From Candidatus Hadarchaeales archaeon (GTDB lineage: Archaea; Hadarchaeota; Hadarchaeia; Hadarchaeales; Hadarchaeaceae), in assembly GCA_038823825.1 (NCBI GenBank), contig JAWBCC010000002.1, forward strand, positions 150,001-182,000: DNA of 32,000 nucleotides. The letters are read 5' to 3'. Both the position numbers and the translations under genes were made by a program. Shown piece after piece: positions 8,751-17,520 of this stretch (position 1 is its first letter; each line of letters begins with the position of its first letter). A model generated the notes under the pieces. It worked only from the letters and a program-made list of their open reading frames with translations, had not been told where the DNA came from and did not search any database.

Positions 8751-9288
8751 TTTCACCCCAACCAGAAATAATCTCTTCCGAGATGGTTATTTTAGCCCCA
8801 TATAGACTCCTCATCGTTTCGAGAGCCTGTTCGTGTTTTTCCTTTTTGACGGCGTTTGTGCAATCCGAAGGTATAACAATAAGATAGCCGCGGAAGAAAG
8901 CATCCGCGGCCGTATGTTGAACGCAGATATCTGTTACGACTCCGGTGAGAATAACTTCTTTCACGCCCAGTTTTTTCAAAAGGTCATCTAGTTCTGTTTG
9001 GAAAAAGGCACTGTAAGTTCTCTTCTTTATGATGAAATCTTCGGGTTTTGGAGCTAGTTCTGGAATTATTTCAGAACCTTTTGTCTCTAGCATTGCGTGC
9101 TCACCCCAAATAGAGATCTCAGGATCCCAACGGTTGTGAGCATCACAGACGTATATCACAGGTATTCCCCGTCTGCGTGCGGCTTCAGACAATCGTTTAA
9201 TGTTAGGGATTATTTTCTGAGCATGCTCGCCTCCGAATTTTCCAGTCACAAAATCAACTATCATATCGATTATGATGACTGCCTGCAT
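8722..9288 (-). CDS. pncA: Isochorismatase-family cysteine hydrolase, probable nicotinamidase
   Basis: AVIIIDMIVDF..., IPVIYVCDAH, LTGVVTDICVQHTA (catalytic D/K/C arrangement of the family). It lies directly upstream of, and overlapping, pncB. Confidence 0.75.
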   Translation of the reverse strand: MQAVIIIDMIVDFVTGKFGGEHAQKIIPNIKRLSEAARRRGIPVIYVCDAHNRWDPEISIWGEHAMLETKGSEIIPELAPKPEDFIIKKRTYSAFFQTELDDLLKKLGVKEVILTGVVTDICVQHTAADAFFRGYLIVIPSDCTNAVKKEKHEQALETMRSLYGAKITISEEIISGWGENEKVPYCHG

Positions 9289-9325
9289 TGCATCAAAACT
9301 AATTTTTATTCTTAATTAAGGTTTG

Positions 9326-9862
9326 CTACTTTTTCAGACATACGCAATAAACATCTTCCCCGATTTCCCCGCTTTTTTCAACGGAAAAACCAGCAGACTT
9401 GGCCCAAGAGACCAACATCTCTTCTTTATGTTTTTTCTTGAGGCTCGTTAGAATCACCAGGCCGCCAGGCCGCACCACACGGCATATTTCCTTTACTGTG
9501 GTTTCTGGATCTGGCATGTTCTGCAAAAGGGTGACAGAAACCACAAAATCGAAAGAATTGTCTTTGAATGGGAGAAAATCGGCGTCCGCGATCACAACAC
9601 ATACGTTTTTTACAGCATGTGGAATCCTTTTCACCATGCCTGGGGAAATGTCCATACCGATCGCTAGGTCAGCCTTTCTAGCGACTCTTAAAAGGAGTTC
9701 CCCTGTACCACACCCAACATCCAGAATTCTTCCGATCTTGGATGGCAATATGCTCAAAACCAACTCGTACTTCTCACGCTGAATTTCCCGATATCTTCTT
9801 CTGTATTTTTCAGCTGTTTCCGAATACAGCTTGGCTAGCTCAATTTTTCTTAAGGACATCAT
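9326..9862 (-). CDS. Class I SAM-dependent methyltransferase
   Basis: Motif I ILDVGCGTGELLL, post-I DISPGM, and motif II/III region FDFVVSVTLLQNMPDP (Methyltransf_11-like). Confidence 0.8.
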   Translation of the reverse strand: MMSLRKIELAKLYSETAEKYRRRYREIQREKYELVLSILPSKIGRILDVGCGTGELLLRVARKADLAIGMDISPGMVKRIPHAVKNVCVVIADADFLPFKDNSFDFVVSVTLLQNMPDPETTVKEICRVVRPGGLVILTSLKKKHKEEMLVSWAKSAGFSVEKSGEIGEDVYCVCLKK

Positions 9863-9906
9863 TTCATTTTATATGTATGCGGAAAAATGAATGGTGTTTC
9901 TACGTG

Positions 9907-10986
9907 ATGGAAAGAGTAAGAAAATTGCAGGAGAAAATGGAGGAATACGGACTCGATGTTTTCATCGCTTTTAAAAATCATAGATATCTCGCTGGAAGTG
10001 AGGCGGGAAAAGCCGTAATCGTTCCTTGTAAAGGTAAGCCAATTTTGATTTGCAGCAGGTTAGAGTTCGACAGAGTAAAAAGAGAGAGCTGGATAAAGGA
10101 CGTTCGGGCGTTTTCAGGATGGAAGTCTCCACTCAGGTCTGGAGAGAGCATCTTTTTTGGACAACCCTGGGAACTTGTCATAAATTGTTTAGAGGAGTTG
10201 GGAGCGAAAGTTGTAGGATATGATCAAGCCCCTCCTGAGTTCATCAGTAAGTTGCGAATGCTGTACCGAGCCGGTTACAAAAGACTTCCGAAAATTGTGG
10301 AGGAAATGCGAATGATGAAGGATTCAAAAGAAATCGAAATAATGAAGAAAGCGGCGAATCTCGCAATTTTGGGAATGAAGAGAATTCATGAACTCCTATC
10401 ACCTGGTGTCTCGGAACTGGAACTTGCGGCCGAAGCCGAGCATGTGATGAGAAAATCGGGAGGGGAGGGTACTCCTTTTCCAACGATAGTCGCATCTGGT
10501 GAAAACTCTTGGCTGCCTCATGCGGGAGCGACGGATAGAAGAATCAAAAAGGAGGATATAGTGGTTGTCGACCTAGGCTGTTATTTTGAGGGTTATGCGT
10601 CAGATATGACCAGAACTTTTGTCCTCGGACATTCACGGAAGTTCAGAAAACTAGTGCAGATAGTCAGAGAAGCGCAAGCGGAAGCCTTGAAAAGAGTCAG
10701 AGGAGGGATAAAAGCGAGCGATGTCGACCTCGCGGCCAGAGAATTCATCAGAAGAAAAGGGTTACTCCGGTTTTACCTTCACGGAACCGGCCATGGAGTA
10801 GGTCTGGATATTCATGAGCCACCTTCCCTTTCTCCGACATCTCAAGAAATTCTCCAGGAGGGAATGGTAATAACAGTGGAACCTGGGGTGTATGTTAAAG
10901 GAGTAGGAGGAGCAAGGTGGGAAGATATGGTAATAGTGAAAGAAGAAGGCTTTGAGAAACTAACGGAGGTAGATTTGGATGGCTGA
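9907..10986 (+). CDS. M24-family Xaa-Pro aminopeptidase/dipeptidase
   Basis: Creatinase-like N-domain plus pita-bread domain with metal ligands in [46 protein letters not shown]. The ORF-track start at 9742 overlaps the divergent methyltransferase and that extension is not protein-like; ATG 9907 ([11 protein letters not shown]) is used. Confidence 0.85.
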   Translation: MERVRKLQEKMEEYGLDVFIAFKNHRYLAGSEAGKAVIVPCKGKPILICSRLEFDRVKRESWIKDVRAFSGWKSPLRSGESIFFGQPWELVINCLEELGAKVVGYDQAPPEFISKLRMLYRAGYKRLPKIVEEMRMMKDSKEIEIMKKAANLAILGMKRIHELLSPGVSELELAAEAEHVMRKSGGEGTPFPTIVASGENSWLPHAGATDRRIKKEDIVVVDLGCYFEGYASDMTRTFVLGHSRKFRKLVQIVREAQAEALKRVRGGIKASDVDLAAREFIRRKGLLRFYLHGTGHGVGLDIHEPPSLSPTSQEILQEGMVITVEPGVYVKGVGGARWEDMVIVKEEGFEKLTEVDLDG

Positions 10987-12406
10987 AAGAAATGCGTGGG
11001 AGAAAAACTTCAGTGAGTGGTTTGCTGAGATGCTCGAAAGAGCGGAAATAGTAGATCCCAGATATCCTGTCAAGGGGCTATACGTCTGGCTCCCATACGG
11101 ATTTAAGATAAGAAACAATGTTGTTTCTATCCTTAGATGGTTACTCGACGAGTCTGGACACAGTGAAATGCTCTTCCCCATCTTGATCCCGGAAGACCTT
11201 TTCAGAAAAGAGGCAGAACACATACGAGGATTCGAGGGGCAGGTTTATTGGGTGACTCACGGAGGAACGGAGCCCCTCGATGTCAGGCTAGTTTTGCGAC
11301 CGACGTCGGAAACAGCAATGTATCCGATGTTTTCTCTGTGGATAAAATCTCACGCCGATCTGCCACTCAAGATCTACCAAGTGGTTAGCGTTTTCAGATA
11401 TGAGACAAAAATGACCAAGCCCCTCGTAAGGGTTAGGGAGGTGACGACATTCAAAGAGGCCCATACCGCTCACGCGAGCTGGGAAGATGCAGAGAGGCAA
11501 GTTTTTGAAGCGATCGGGATTTACAAAAGGTTTTTTGATTTACTTGGAATTCCTTCTGTGATTTCGAAAAGACCGAAGTGGGATACATTCGCTGGGGCGG
11601 TTTACTCCATTGCTTTTGACACGCTTGCTCCTGACGGAAAAACTTTGCAGATAGGGACAATCCACAATCTAGGTCAGAACTTTTCAAAAGTCTATGATGT
11701 GAAGTATGAAAAGCCAGATGGTTCGCATGAATACGTCTATCAGACTTGTTACGGAATATCCGAGAGAGCAATTGCTGCAGTTTTGATGGTTCACGGTGAT
11801 GATATCGGTTTTTGTCTCCCCCCACTTGTGGCTCCAATCCAGATTGTTATTGTCCCTGTGATTTTCAAGGAAAAAAGCGAGGAGATCATGCAGACGGCCC
11901 GGAGAATTTTCGAGATTTTAAGGGGTGCCGGTTTTAGGGTTCATCTTGACGATCGAGATTTGAGACCTGGCAATAAGTATTACTACTGGGAGAGAAGAGG
12001 GGTCCCGCTTAGAGTAGAAATCGGGCCCTCAGAGGTTGAGAAATCTGAAGCGATGCTTGTCAGGAGAGACACAGGAGAGAGGTGTACGGTGAAAGCCGAT
12101 GATTTGGTGAGAGAGGTCAACAAAATCTTAGAAGAAATCTCTGAAAATCTCCGAGTGAGAGCTATGAAGTTCTTCGAGTCGAGGATACATCGTGCGGAAA
12201 GCGTCCAAGAAGCGGCACAGATCTTGGCCGAGAAAGGAGGAATAGTTAAACTTTGCTGGTGCGGCTCGGAGGAGTGTGGCATGTCGATAGAGGAAAAAAC
12301 AGGTGGAAGAATTCTCGGAGAGTCTCTTGACGAAAAAGCAACCGGGAAGTGTGTCAACTGTTGCGGAGATTCGGAAAAACTGATTTACTTAGCTAAAACT
12401 TACTGA
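10979..12406 (+). CDS. proS: Prolyl-tRNA synthetase (archaeal/eukaryal-type class II)
   Basis: Class II motifs ([21 protein letters not shown]; TCYGISER). The C-terminal zinc-containing domain (CWCGSEEC...CVNCCG) and the terminal Y are characteristic of archaeal-type ProRS. Confidence 0.92.
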   Translation: MAERNAWEKNFSEWFAEMLERAEIVDPRYPVKGLYVWLPYGFKIRNNVVSILRWLLDESGHSEMLFPILIPEDLFRKEAEHIRGFEGQVYWVTHGGTEPLDVRLVLRPTSETAMYPMFSLWIKSHADLPLKIYQVVSVFRYETKMTKPLVRVREVTTFKEAHTAHASWEDAERQVFEAIGIYKRFFDLLGIPSVISKRPKWDTFAGAVYSIAFDTLAPDGKTLQIGTIHNLGQNFSKVYDVKYEKPDGSHEYVYQTCYGISERAIAAVLMVHGDDIGFCLPPLVAPIQIVIVPVIFKEKSEEIMQTARRIFEILRGAGFRVHLDDRDLRPGNKYYYWERRGVPLRVEIGPSEVEKSEAMLVRRDTGERCTVKADDLVREVNKILEEISENLRVRAMKFFESRIHRAESVQEAAQILAEKGGIVKLCWCGSEECGMSIEEKTGGRILGESLDEKATGKCVNCCGDSEKLIYLAKTY

Positions 12407-13281
12407 AGCGATTTCATAGCCTGCAAAACTTCATCTTCACTCGGGAATCCGACGGGTCCGTGATATCTTATCTTCAAGCCTGCTGCAACAGACGCGAACC
12501 TTGCAGCCTCAATCACATCTTTTCTTTTCAAATATCTGCAGAGAAACGCAGTTCCGAAAACATCCCCGGCTCCAGTCATGCTTCTAGCGTCTACTTTCAG
12601 GCTTGGAACCTCGAAGAAGTTTCTCTCATGAAGAACGATGCTTGTTTTTTCTCCACGCGTAACGATCACAACCGAAGGGCCCGCTTCTGCCAGCTTTTTC
12701 ATTTCGGATTTTGGCTCAGGTCCAAGAATGACGCTTTCCTCCTTTCCTATTTTTAGGATGTCCACATATCGTAGATATTCGCGAAGATCCTTTTTCACAA
12801 TTTTGATATTGCCATTCTTTTCGATTTTTCTCAAAATCCCTTGAGGATCGAGGGCAACAACATTCTTTTCCGTCTTTAAACTGGCTAAAAGTTCTGCGGA
12901 AATTTCGCCCGCTATCGGAGAAACGTAAAACGCTTTTGCGTCCCTATAAGATCCCGGCACATCTTGGGGAAGGATTTCTGGAGCCACATATCTGCAGACC
13001 TGCTTCCTGTTTCCTTTCTCGTCGTAAATATTTTCGAACGTAGTGGTCTTCTTTCCGCTGACGAGAATCCCTTCCGTGTCCAAACCGAGCTTACTGAAGA
13101 GAGGCGGAAATCTTTCAACGAAGTCTCTTCCAACTTTTGAGACTATCCCAGTCTCGAAGCCCAGCGAAACAGCTGTGAGACCACCATAGATCGGTGCTCC
13201 GCCTAATGCGTTTTCTATCGTTCCCCAAGGGTAGGTGTTTATATCGATTGCGAAATGACCGACGATTACGACTTCGACCAT
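12400..13281 (-). CDS. PfkB/ribokinase-family carbohydrate kinase
   Basis: N-terminal GG dipeptide region ([10 protein letters not shown]) and C-terminal anion-hole motif ([13 protein letters not shown]). Substrate is not assignable from sequence. It abuts the myo-inositol-1-phosphate synthase gene with a 1-nt gap. Confidence 0.8.
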   Translation of the reverse strand: MVEVVIVGHFAIDINTYPWGTIENALGGAPIYGGLTAVSLGFETGIVSKVGRDFVERFPPLFSKLGLDTEGILVSGKKTTTFENIYDEKGNRKQVCRYVAPEILPQDVPGSYRDAKAFYVSPIAGEISAELLASLKTEKNVVALDPQGILRKIEKNGNIKIVKKDLREYLRYVDILKIGKEESVILGPEPKSEMKKLAEAGPSVVIVTRGEKTSIVLHERNFFEVPSLKVDARSMTGAGDVFGTAFLCRYLKRKDVIEAARFASVAAGLKIRYHGPVGFPSEDEVLQAMKSLQ

Positions 13282-13282
13282 T

Positions 13283-14356
13283 CTATCTCTCCCTCTTGCC
13301 AGCTATGAACTCCTCCACCGCTTTACGCGCTTCCTCGTCAGACATCTGAACAGGTGGATGTTTGAAGAAATATGCCGAGACGCTTATGAGCGGTCCGCCT
13401 ATTTTCCTGTCTAGAGCGAGCTTCACAGCTCTTATCGCATCTATAACAACTCCAGCGCTGTTGGGGGAATCTTCAACGGAGAGCTTTACATCGATGTAAA
13501 GAGGAACATCGCCGAACTTCCTTCCTTTTATGTATATGTAGCATATTTTCCTGTCCTTCAGGAATGGGACATAATCACTTGGACCGATTCTAAGCGGGAC
13601 TTCATACGGCAACTGGCTGGAAACGGCCTCGGTTTTGCTTATTCTCTTCGAACTCAGACGTTCCTCCTCCAGCATGTTGAGAAAGTCCGTGTTTCCACCT
13701 ATGTTCAGCTGATAGCTTTCTTCGACCTTGACACCTCTGTCAACCAGCAGTTTAGTGAGTGTTCTGTGCAAGATCGTAGCTCCAACCTGCGACTTTATGT
13801 CGTCGCCGACACATGGAATCTTTTCCTGCTCAAACTTTTTTGCCCAGTTTTTGTCGGAAACGATGAACTCTGGGATGCAGTTTATAAAGCCGCAGCCTGC
13901 CTTTAGTGCCTCGTTTGCGTAAAATCTACTTCCTTCATAGCTTCCCACCGGCAGGTAGTTTATCAGTATATCGGCATCCGTTTCCTCGAGCACTTTGGCA
14001 ACGTTCACCGGCTTCTGCCTTTTATCTACGGGAATCACCGGCGTCAGATATTTTCCGAGTCCGTCAAGAACGGGACCTCTCATGACTTCAACCCCAAGCT
14101 TGGGAACATCGCAGAATTTGACAGTACAGTTTGGTGGAGTGAAGATAGCTTCTGAGAGATCTTTTCCAACTTTATTCGCGTCAACGTCGAAGGCTGCCAC
14201 AAATTTTATATCTCTTATGTGATATCCGCCGAAGTTAACATGCATGAGGCCCGGGACAAACTCGTCCTCTTTTGCATTTTTATAATACTCAACGCCCTGC
14301 ACAAGTGAGGACGCACAGTTTCCGACACCTGCTATGGCAACTTTTATCTTACTCAT
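13283..14356 (-). CDS. myo-Inositol-1-phosphate synthase
   Basis: N-terminal Rossmann segment [22 protein letters not shown] and core motifs ([37 protein letters not shown]) typical of archaeal/bacterial MIPS. Confidence 0.88.
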   Translation of the reverse strand: MSKIKVAIAGVGNCASSLVQGVEYYKNAKEDEFVPGLMHVNFGGYHIRDIKFVAAFDVDANKVGKDLSEAIFTPPNCTVKFCDVPKLGVEVMRGPVLDGLGKYLTPVIPVDKRQKPVNVAKVLEETDADILINYLPVGSYEGSRFYANEALKAGCGFINCIPEFIVSDKNWAKKFEQEKIPCVGDDIKSQVGATILHRTLTKLLVDRGVKVEESYQLNIGGNTDFLNMLEEERLSSKRISKTEAVSSQLPYEVPLRIGPSDYVPFLKDRKICYIYIKGRKFGDVPLYIDVKLSVEDSPNSAGVVIDAIRAVKLALDRKIGGPLISVSAYFFKHPPVQMSDEEARKAVEEFIAGKRER

Positions 14357-14400
14357 CCGTTTTCACCATATTTCATTTTCTGATATATCAATTTCGGAAA

Positions 14401-14410
14401 TATTTATAAA
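14401..14410 (+). promoter_or_regulatory. TATA box for the PadR-family gene
   Basis: TATTTATAAA lies about 25-30 nt upstream of the in-frame GTG at 14433, the spacing expected for an archaeal leaderless transcript. Confidence 0.45.
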
Positions 14411-14432
14411 GCTTGCGGATGAACGGTCGATT

Positions 14433-14834
14433 GTGAAAGAAGCGCCACTAGTCAGGCTGAAGAAGAAAACAACGGTGGAAATTCTGTGGATGTATTTTCT
14501 AAGGTTACTGAGCGAGCGACCTATGTGCGGTTATGAGTTGATGAAGGAGATTGAGCGGAGATTTGGATGGAAACCACCGATAGTCACATCATATCTCGTT
14601 TTGCAGGCTTTGAGGAGAGATGGATACATCACGGTGCGTAAAGTCACGGGGAGGAGGAGAAAAACATTGTACGAAATCACGGCACGGGGCAGAGATCTTT
14701 TCCAGAAAGGCAAGGATTATCTAAGAAATCTGTATAGAGGGTTCAGCGTCCGCTCAGCCTCTTCCTCGCAACTATCACCCTTTGGGAAGCCGTCAAGTTC
14801 GCCAAGAAAGCAACGATCACAACGGCATACTTGA
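14433..14834 (+). CDS. PadR-family transcriptional regulator
   Basis: ILWMYFLRLLSERPMCGYELMKEI....VTSYLVLQALRRDGYITV.....RRKTLYEITARGRDLF is a PadR wHTH signature. The ORF-track ATG 14334 overlaps the MIPS start and that extension looks non-coding; GTG 14433 is chosen from the TATA spacing. The C-terminal 30 codons overlap the convergent CDP-alcohol transferase gene. Confidence 0.7.
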   Translation: MKEAPLVRLKKKTTVEILWMYFLRLLSERPMCGYELMKEIERRFGWKPPIVTSYLVLQALRRDGYITVRKVTGRRRKTLYEITARGRDLFQKGKDYLRNLYRGFSVRSASSSQLSPFGKPSSSPRKQRSQRHT

Positions 14835-15327
14835 CGCATCCGACTAGGGCGCCTATTCCCAGGATGAGCATTCTTTCCGGTCTTTCTCCGAGTCCAACAT
14901 CCATCTCTTTAGCTCCTGCTGCTTCTGCTCTCGCTCTGATATAACTGACGAGAAAGCTCCCCTCTATCGCAAGGAAACACCAGAGCCAGCCGGGAAGCCA
15001 GCCAGCTTCTGCGAGCCCTCCATATGCCACCGCAGCCAAGACTGCGAAATCCACGAGTCTGTCTATCGTCGAGTCAAGAACGCCTCCGAAGGCCGTGACC
15101 ATCCCGCCGAATTTTGCAACGGCTCCGTCGAGTAAATCAAAGATTCCGCAGATCAGTAGGAAAATTCCTCCTAAAAATTCGTTCGAACGTGCGAAAAAGA
15201 AAACAGAAACCATTCCGACTAAGAGTCCGATTAGTGTGAGAGTGTTTGGTGTGATACCTCTGGCAGCGATGGAAGTGGCAATCGGAGCCACGATGTTGCG
15301 CACCTTCTCTTTCACGCGACTGAGCAT
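14743..15327 (-). CDS. CDP-alcohol phosphatidyltransferase, probable archaetidylinositol-phosphate synthase
   Basis: Signature D-x2-DG-x2-A-x8-G-x3-D-x3-D seen as DLLDGAVAKFGGMVTAFGGVLDSTIDRLVD. It is a multi-TM 194-aa protein. The inositol assignment is inferred from the neighbouring MIPS gene. Confidence 0.8.
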   Translation of the reverse strand: MLSRVKEKVRNIVAPIATSIAARGITPNTLTLIGLLVGMVSVFFFARSNEFLGGIFLLICGIFDLLDGAVAKFGGMVTAFGGVLDSTIDRLVDFAVLAAVAYGGLAEAGWLPGWLWCFLAIEGSFLVSYIRARAEAAGAKEMDVGLGERPERMLILGIGALVGCVKYAVVIVAFLANLTASQRVIVARKRLSGR

Positions 15328-15435
15328 TCTCTCGAAAAATCATTCTCCGTATTTTGAATAAAAGCATCAGGAAGAGGTGGCGCTCTTGAAATTAATTATA
15401 TGTCAACGGTCAGAGATTTTCTGGGGAGGTTCAGA

Positions 15436-16284
15436 GTGAAAGCAAAAATATGGCTGGGTCCGGCGGGAATTCCCGGAATGTGTAAGGAGAGGAGCACGCT
15501 TGCTGGAGTTCGCTGCGTTGCCGAAATCGGTCTGAACGCCATGGAGATAGAGTTCGTCAGGGGTATAACGCTCACGCAGAAAGCAGCGGAGGAGGTTGGA
15601 AAGATCGCTCAAGAGCTCGGCGTCAGACTCTCCGTCCATTGTCCATATTTCATAAACCTGTGCTCCCCAGACAAAAAGAAGGTTGAAGCCTCAAAGCAGA
15701 GAATTCTCGAATCTGCCAGAAGAGCTCATGCAATGGGTGCGGACATAGTAGTTTTTCATCCCGGCTATTATGGCGGAAGATCTCCGGAGGAGGCGTACCG
15801 AACGGTCAAGGAGGCGGACTCAGACATGATCGCCAAACTCGAGAAGGAGGGAATTGATGATGTCTTCTTGGGTCACGAGACGACGGGGAAACAGAGCGCT
15901 TTCGGAACCTTGGAAGAAATAGTCTCTCTGTGCAAGGAGCTTTCAAGGTGTAGACCTGTCGTGGATTTTGCGCACATCTACGCCAGGCAGGGTGGAAGGA
16001 TCGACTACGCGCAAATCTTAGATGCTCTAAAGCCTCTGAAGCTTGATCATCTTCACACGCACTTCACAGCAATGGAATGGACGCCTGCTAAGCAAGCCGG
16101 CGCCGGAAACGAAAAGCGACATCTACCAATGCGAGCTGGAGATCCGCCGTTTCGACCACTCGCCGAAGAAGTTTTGAAGAGAGGAATGAAGATAACAATA
16201 ATCTCTGAATCGCCAGTTCTGGAATTGGACTCTCTCGAGATGAAGAAAATTTTTGAGAAGCTAGGCTACAGATTTGAGCGCTGA
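15436..16284 (+). CDS. Endonuclease IV-like / xylose-isomerase-like TIM-barrel protein (AP endonuclease family 2)
   Basis: LSVHCPYFINLCSPD...ASKQRILESARRAHAMGADIVVFHPGYY resembles the HAPYxINLAS...HPG pattern of Endo IV-like proteins. GTG 15436 is preceded by GGAGGT (15425-15430) with a 5-nt spacer; the ORF track starts at ATG 15400, directly abutting a TATA-like ATTAATTATA. Confidence 0.65.
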   Translation: MKAKIWLGPAGIPGMCKERSTLAGVRCVAEIGLNAMEIEFVRGITLTQKAAEEVGKIAQELGVRLSVHCPYFINLCSPDKKKVEASKQRILESARRAHAMGADIVVFHPGYYGGRSPEEAYRTVKEADSDMIAKLEKEGIDDVFLGHETTGKQSAFGTLEEIVSLCKELSRCRPVVDFAHIYARQGGRIDYAQILDALKPLKLDHLHTHFTAMEWTPAKQAGAGNEKRHLPMRAGDPPFRPLAEEVLKRGMKITIISESPVLELDSLEMKKIFEKLGYRFER

Positions 16285-17520
16285 AACGAGCTCCTCGATC
16301 TTGACTGTCTCCTGCTTTTTTGTTTTCAAATCTCTCAGGGCGACTTGACCGGCAGAGACTTCTTTTCTTCCGACTATCACAGCAAATCTCATCCCCATCG
16401 AATCCGCATGACTCAGGGCCTTTTGTAGGCTTCTTTCCATAACCTCCATCTCCGTTACTATACCCTTTCTCCTCAACATGTTAGAGATTTCCAAAGCTTT
16501 GGGCAGGAGATCCCTCTCGAGTGGAACGACATAAACTAACGGTTTTATCGGCTTTTCCGCTTTGCCGTCTTTCAGGAGAAGAGAGGAAATCCTATCGACG
16601 CCGAAGCCGACTCCGGTCGCTGGTGTTTTGGGTCCTCCCAGTCTTTCAACGAGCGTGTCATACCTGCCGCCACCCGCGACCTGCACATCTCCGACATAGA
16701 CCTCAAAGACAGTCCCCGTGTAATAGTCGAGGCCCCTCGCTATTCCGAGATCTATCTCAAACTTCTCTCCAGCTTCGCGGAGAATTCTTAAAAGCTCCTT
16801 AGACCTTTCAAGCATGGATTCATCGATGTCGAACTCGCTTAACTTCTGAAACACTCTGAAATCTCCACGCAAGGAAAAAATCTTTAGGAGCCTTTCATAT
16901 TCTTCTTCAGGAACGCCAGCTTTCCGCAGTTCTTCAAGAATCCTATTCCTGTTTCCTGAATCAACCGCCCTGAGTATAGGGTCCTGCTTTTCTTCCTTTA
17001 CCCCAACCGAGGCGAGCACATTCCTTAAAATTCCAACATCACCAATCCTTAGCTTCCAGTCATTCATTCCAACTTCGCGCATAATTTCGCATGTTAGGGA
17101 GATCACTTCCGCGTCCGCCTGCGGGTTTGGGCTTCCGATTATCTCACAACCAGCTTGCGTGAATTCTCTCCATCTCCAAGCTTGCGGTTCTTCGTACCTG
17201 AAGCATTCTCCAAAATAGAAAAGTCTGACTGGGGGAGGATTTCTCTTAAGATGTTGGATGAAAAACCTTATCGCCGGTGCGGTTAGCTCTGGTCGAAGGG
17301 CAAGCTTTCTCCCAGACTTGTCTTCAAAATCATAGATCTGTTTGATTATCTCACTTCCGCTCTTGACGAGAAATAGTTCGAGATGTTCGAAAATTGGCGT
17401 CTGCACTTCTTGAAATCCGAATCTTTCGAAAACACTTCTCATTTTTGAGACCACAAACCTTGCAGTTGCCAGCTCGTCTCCCCAGAGATCTCTGGTTCCT
17501 CGCGGACACCGCAACTGCAT
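16261..17520 (-). CDS. hisS: Histidyl-tRNA synthetase
   Basis: PRGTRDL near the N-terminus, class II motifs (FRYEEPQ..RWREFTQAG, GGGRYD), and a C-terminal anticodon-binding domain. ATG 17520 overlaps the upstream gene's stop (TGATG); the ORF track uses TTG 17523. Confidence 0.92.
   Translation of the reverse strand: MQLRCPRGTRDLWGDELATARFVVSKMRSVFERFGFQEVQTPIFEHLELFLVKSGSEIIKQIYDFEDKSGRKLALRPELTAPAIRFFIQHLKRNPPPVRLFYFGECFRYEEPQAWRWREFTQAGCEIIGSPNPQADAEVISLTCEIMREVGMNDWKLRIGDVGILRNVLASVGVKEEKQDPILRAVDSGNRNRILEELRKAGVPEEEYERLLKIFSLRGDFRVFQKLSEFDIDESMLERSKELLRILREAGEKFEIDLGIARGLDYYTGTVFEVYVGDVQVAGGGRYDTLVERLGGPKTPATGVGFGVDRISSLLLKDGKAEKPIKPLVYVVPLERDLLPKALEISNMLRRKGIVTEMEVMERSLQKALSHADSMGMRFAVIVGRKEVSAGQVALRDLKTKKQETVKIEELVSALKSVA

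Noticed and set aside
9742-9906. N-terminal 55-aa extension of the M24 peptidase ORF.
   Set aside because: The extension overlaps the divergent methyltransferase coding region and reads as non-protein-like sequence (FFCIFQLFPNTAWLAQFF). The family alignment starts at MERVRKLQ (ATG 9907).
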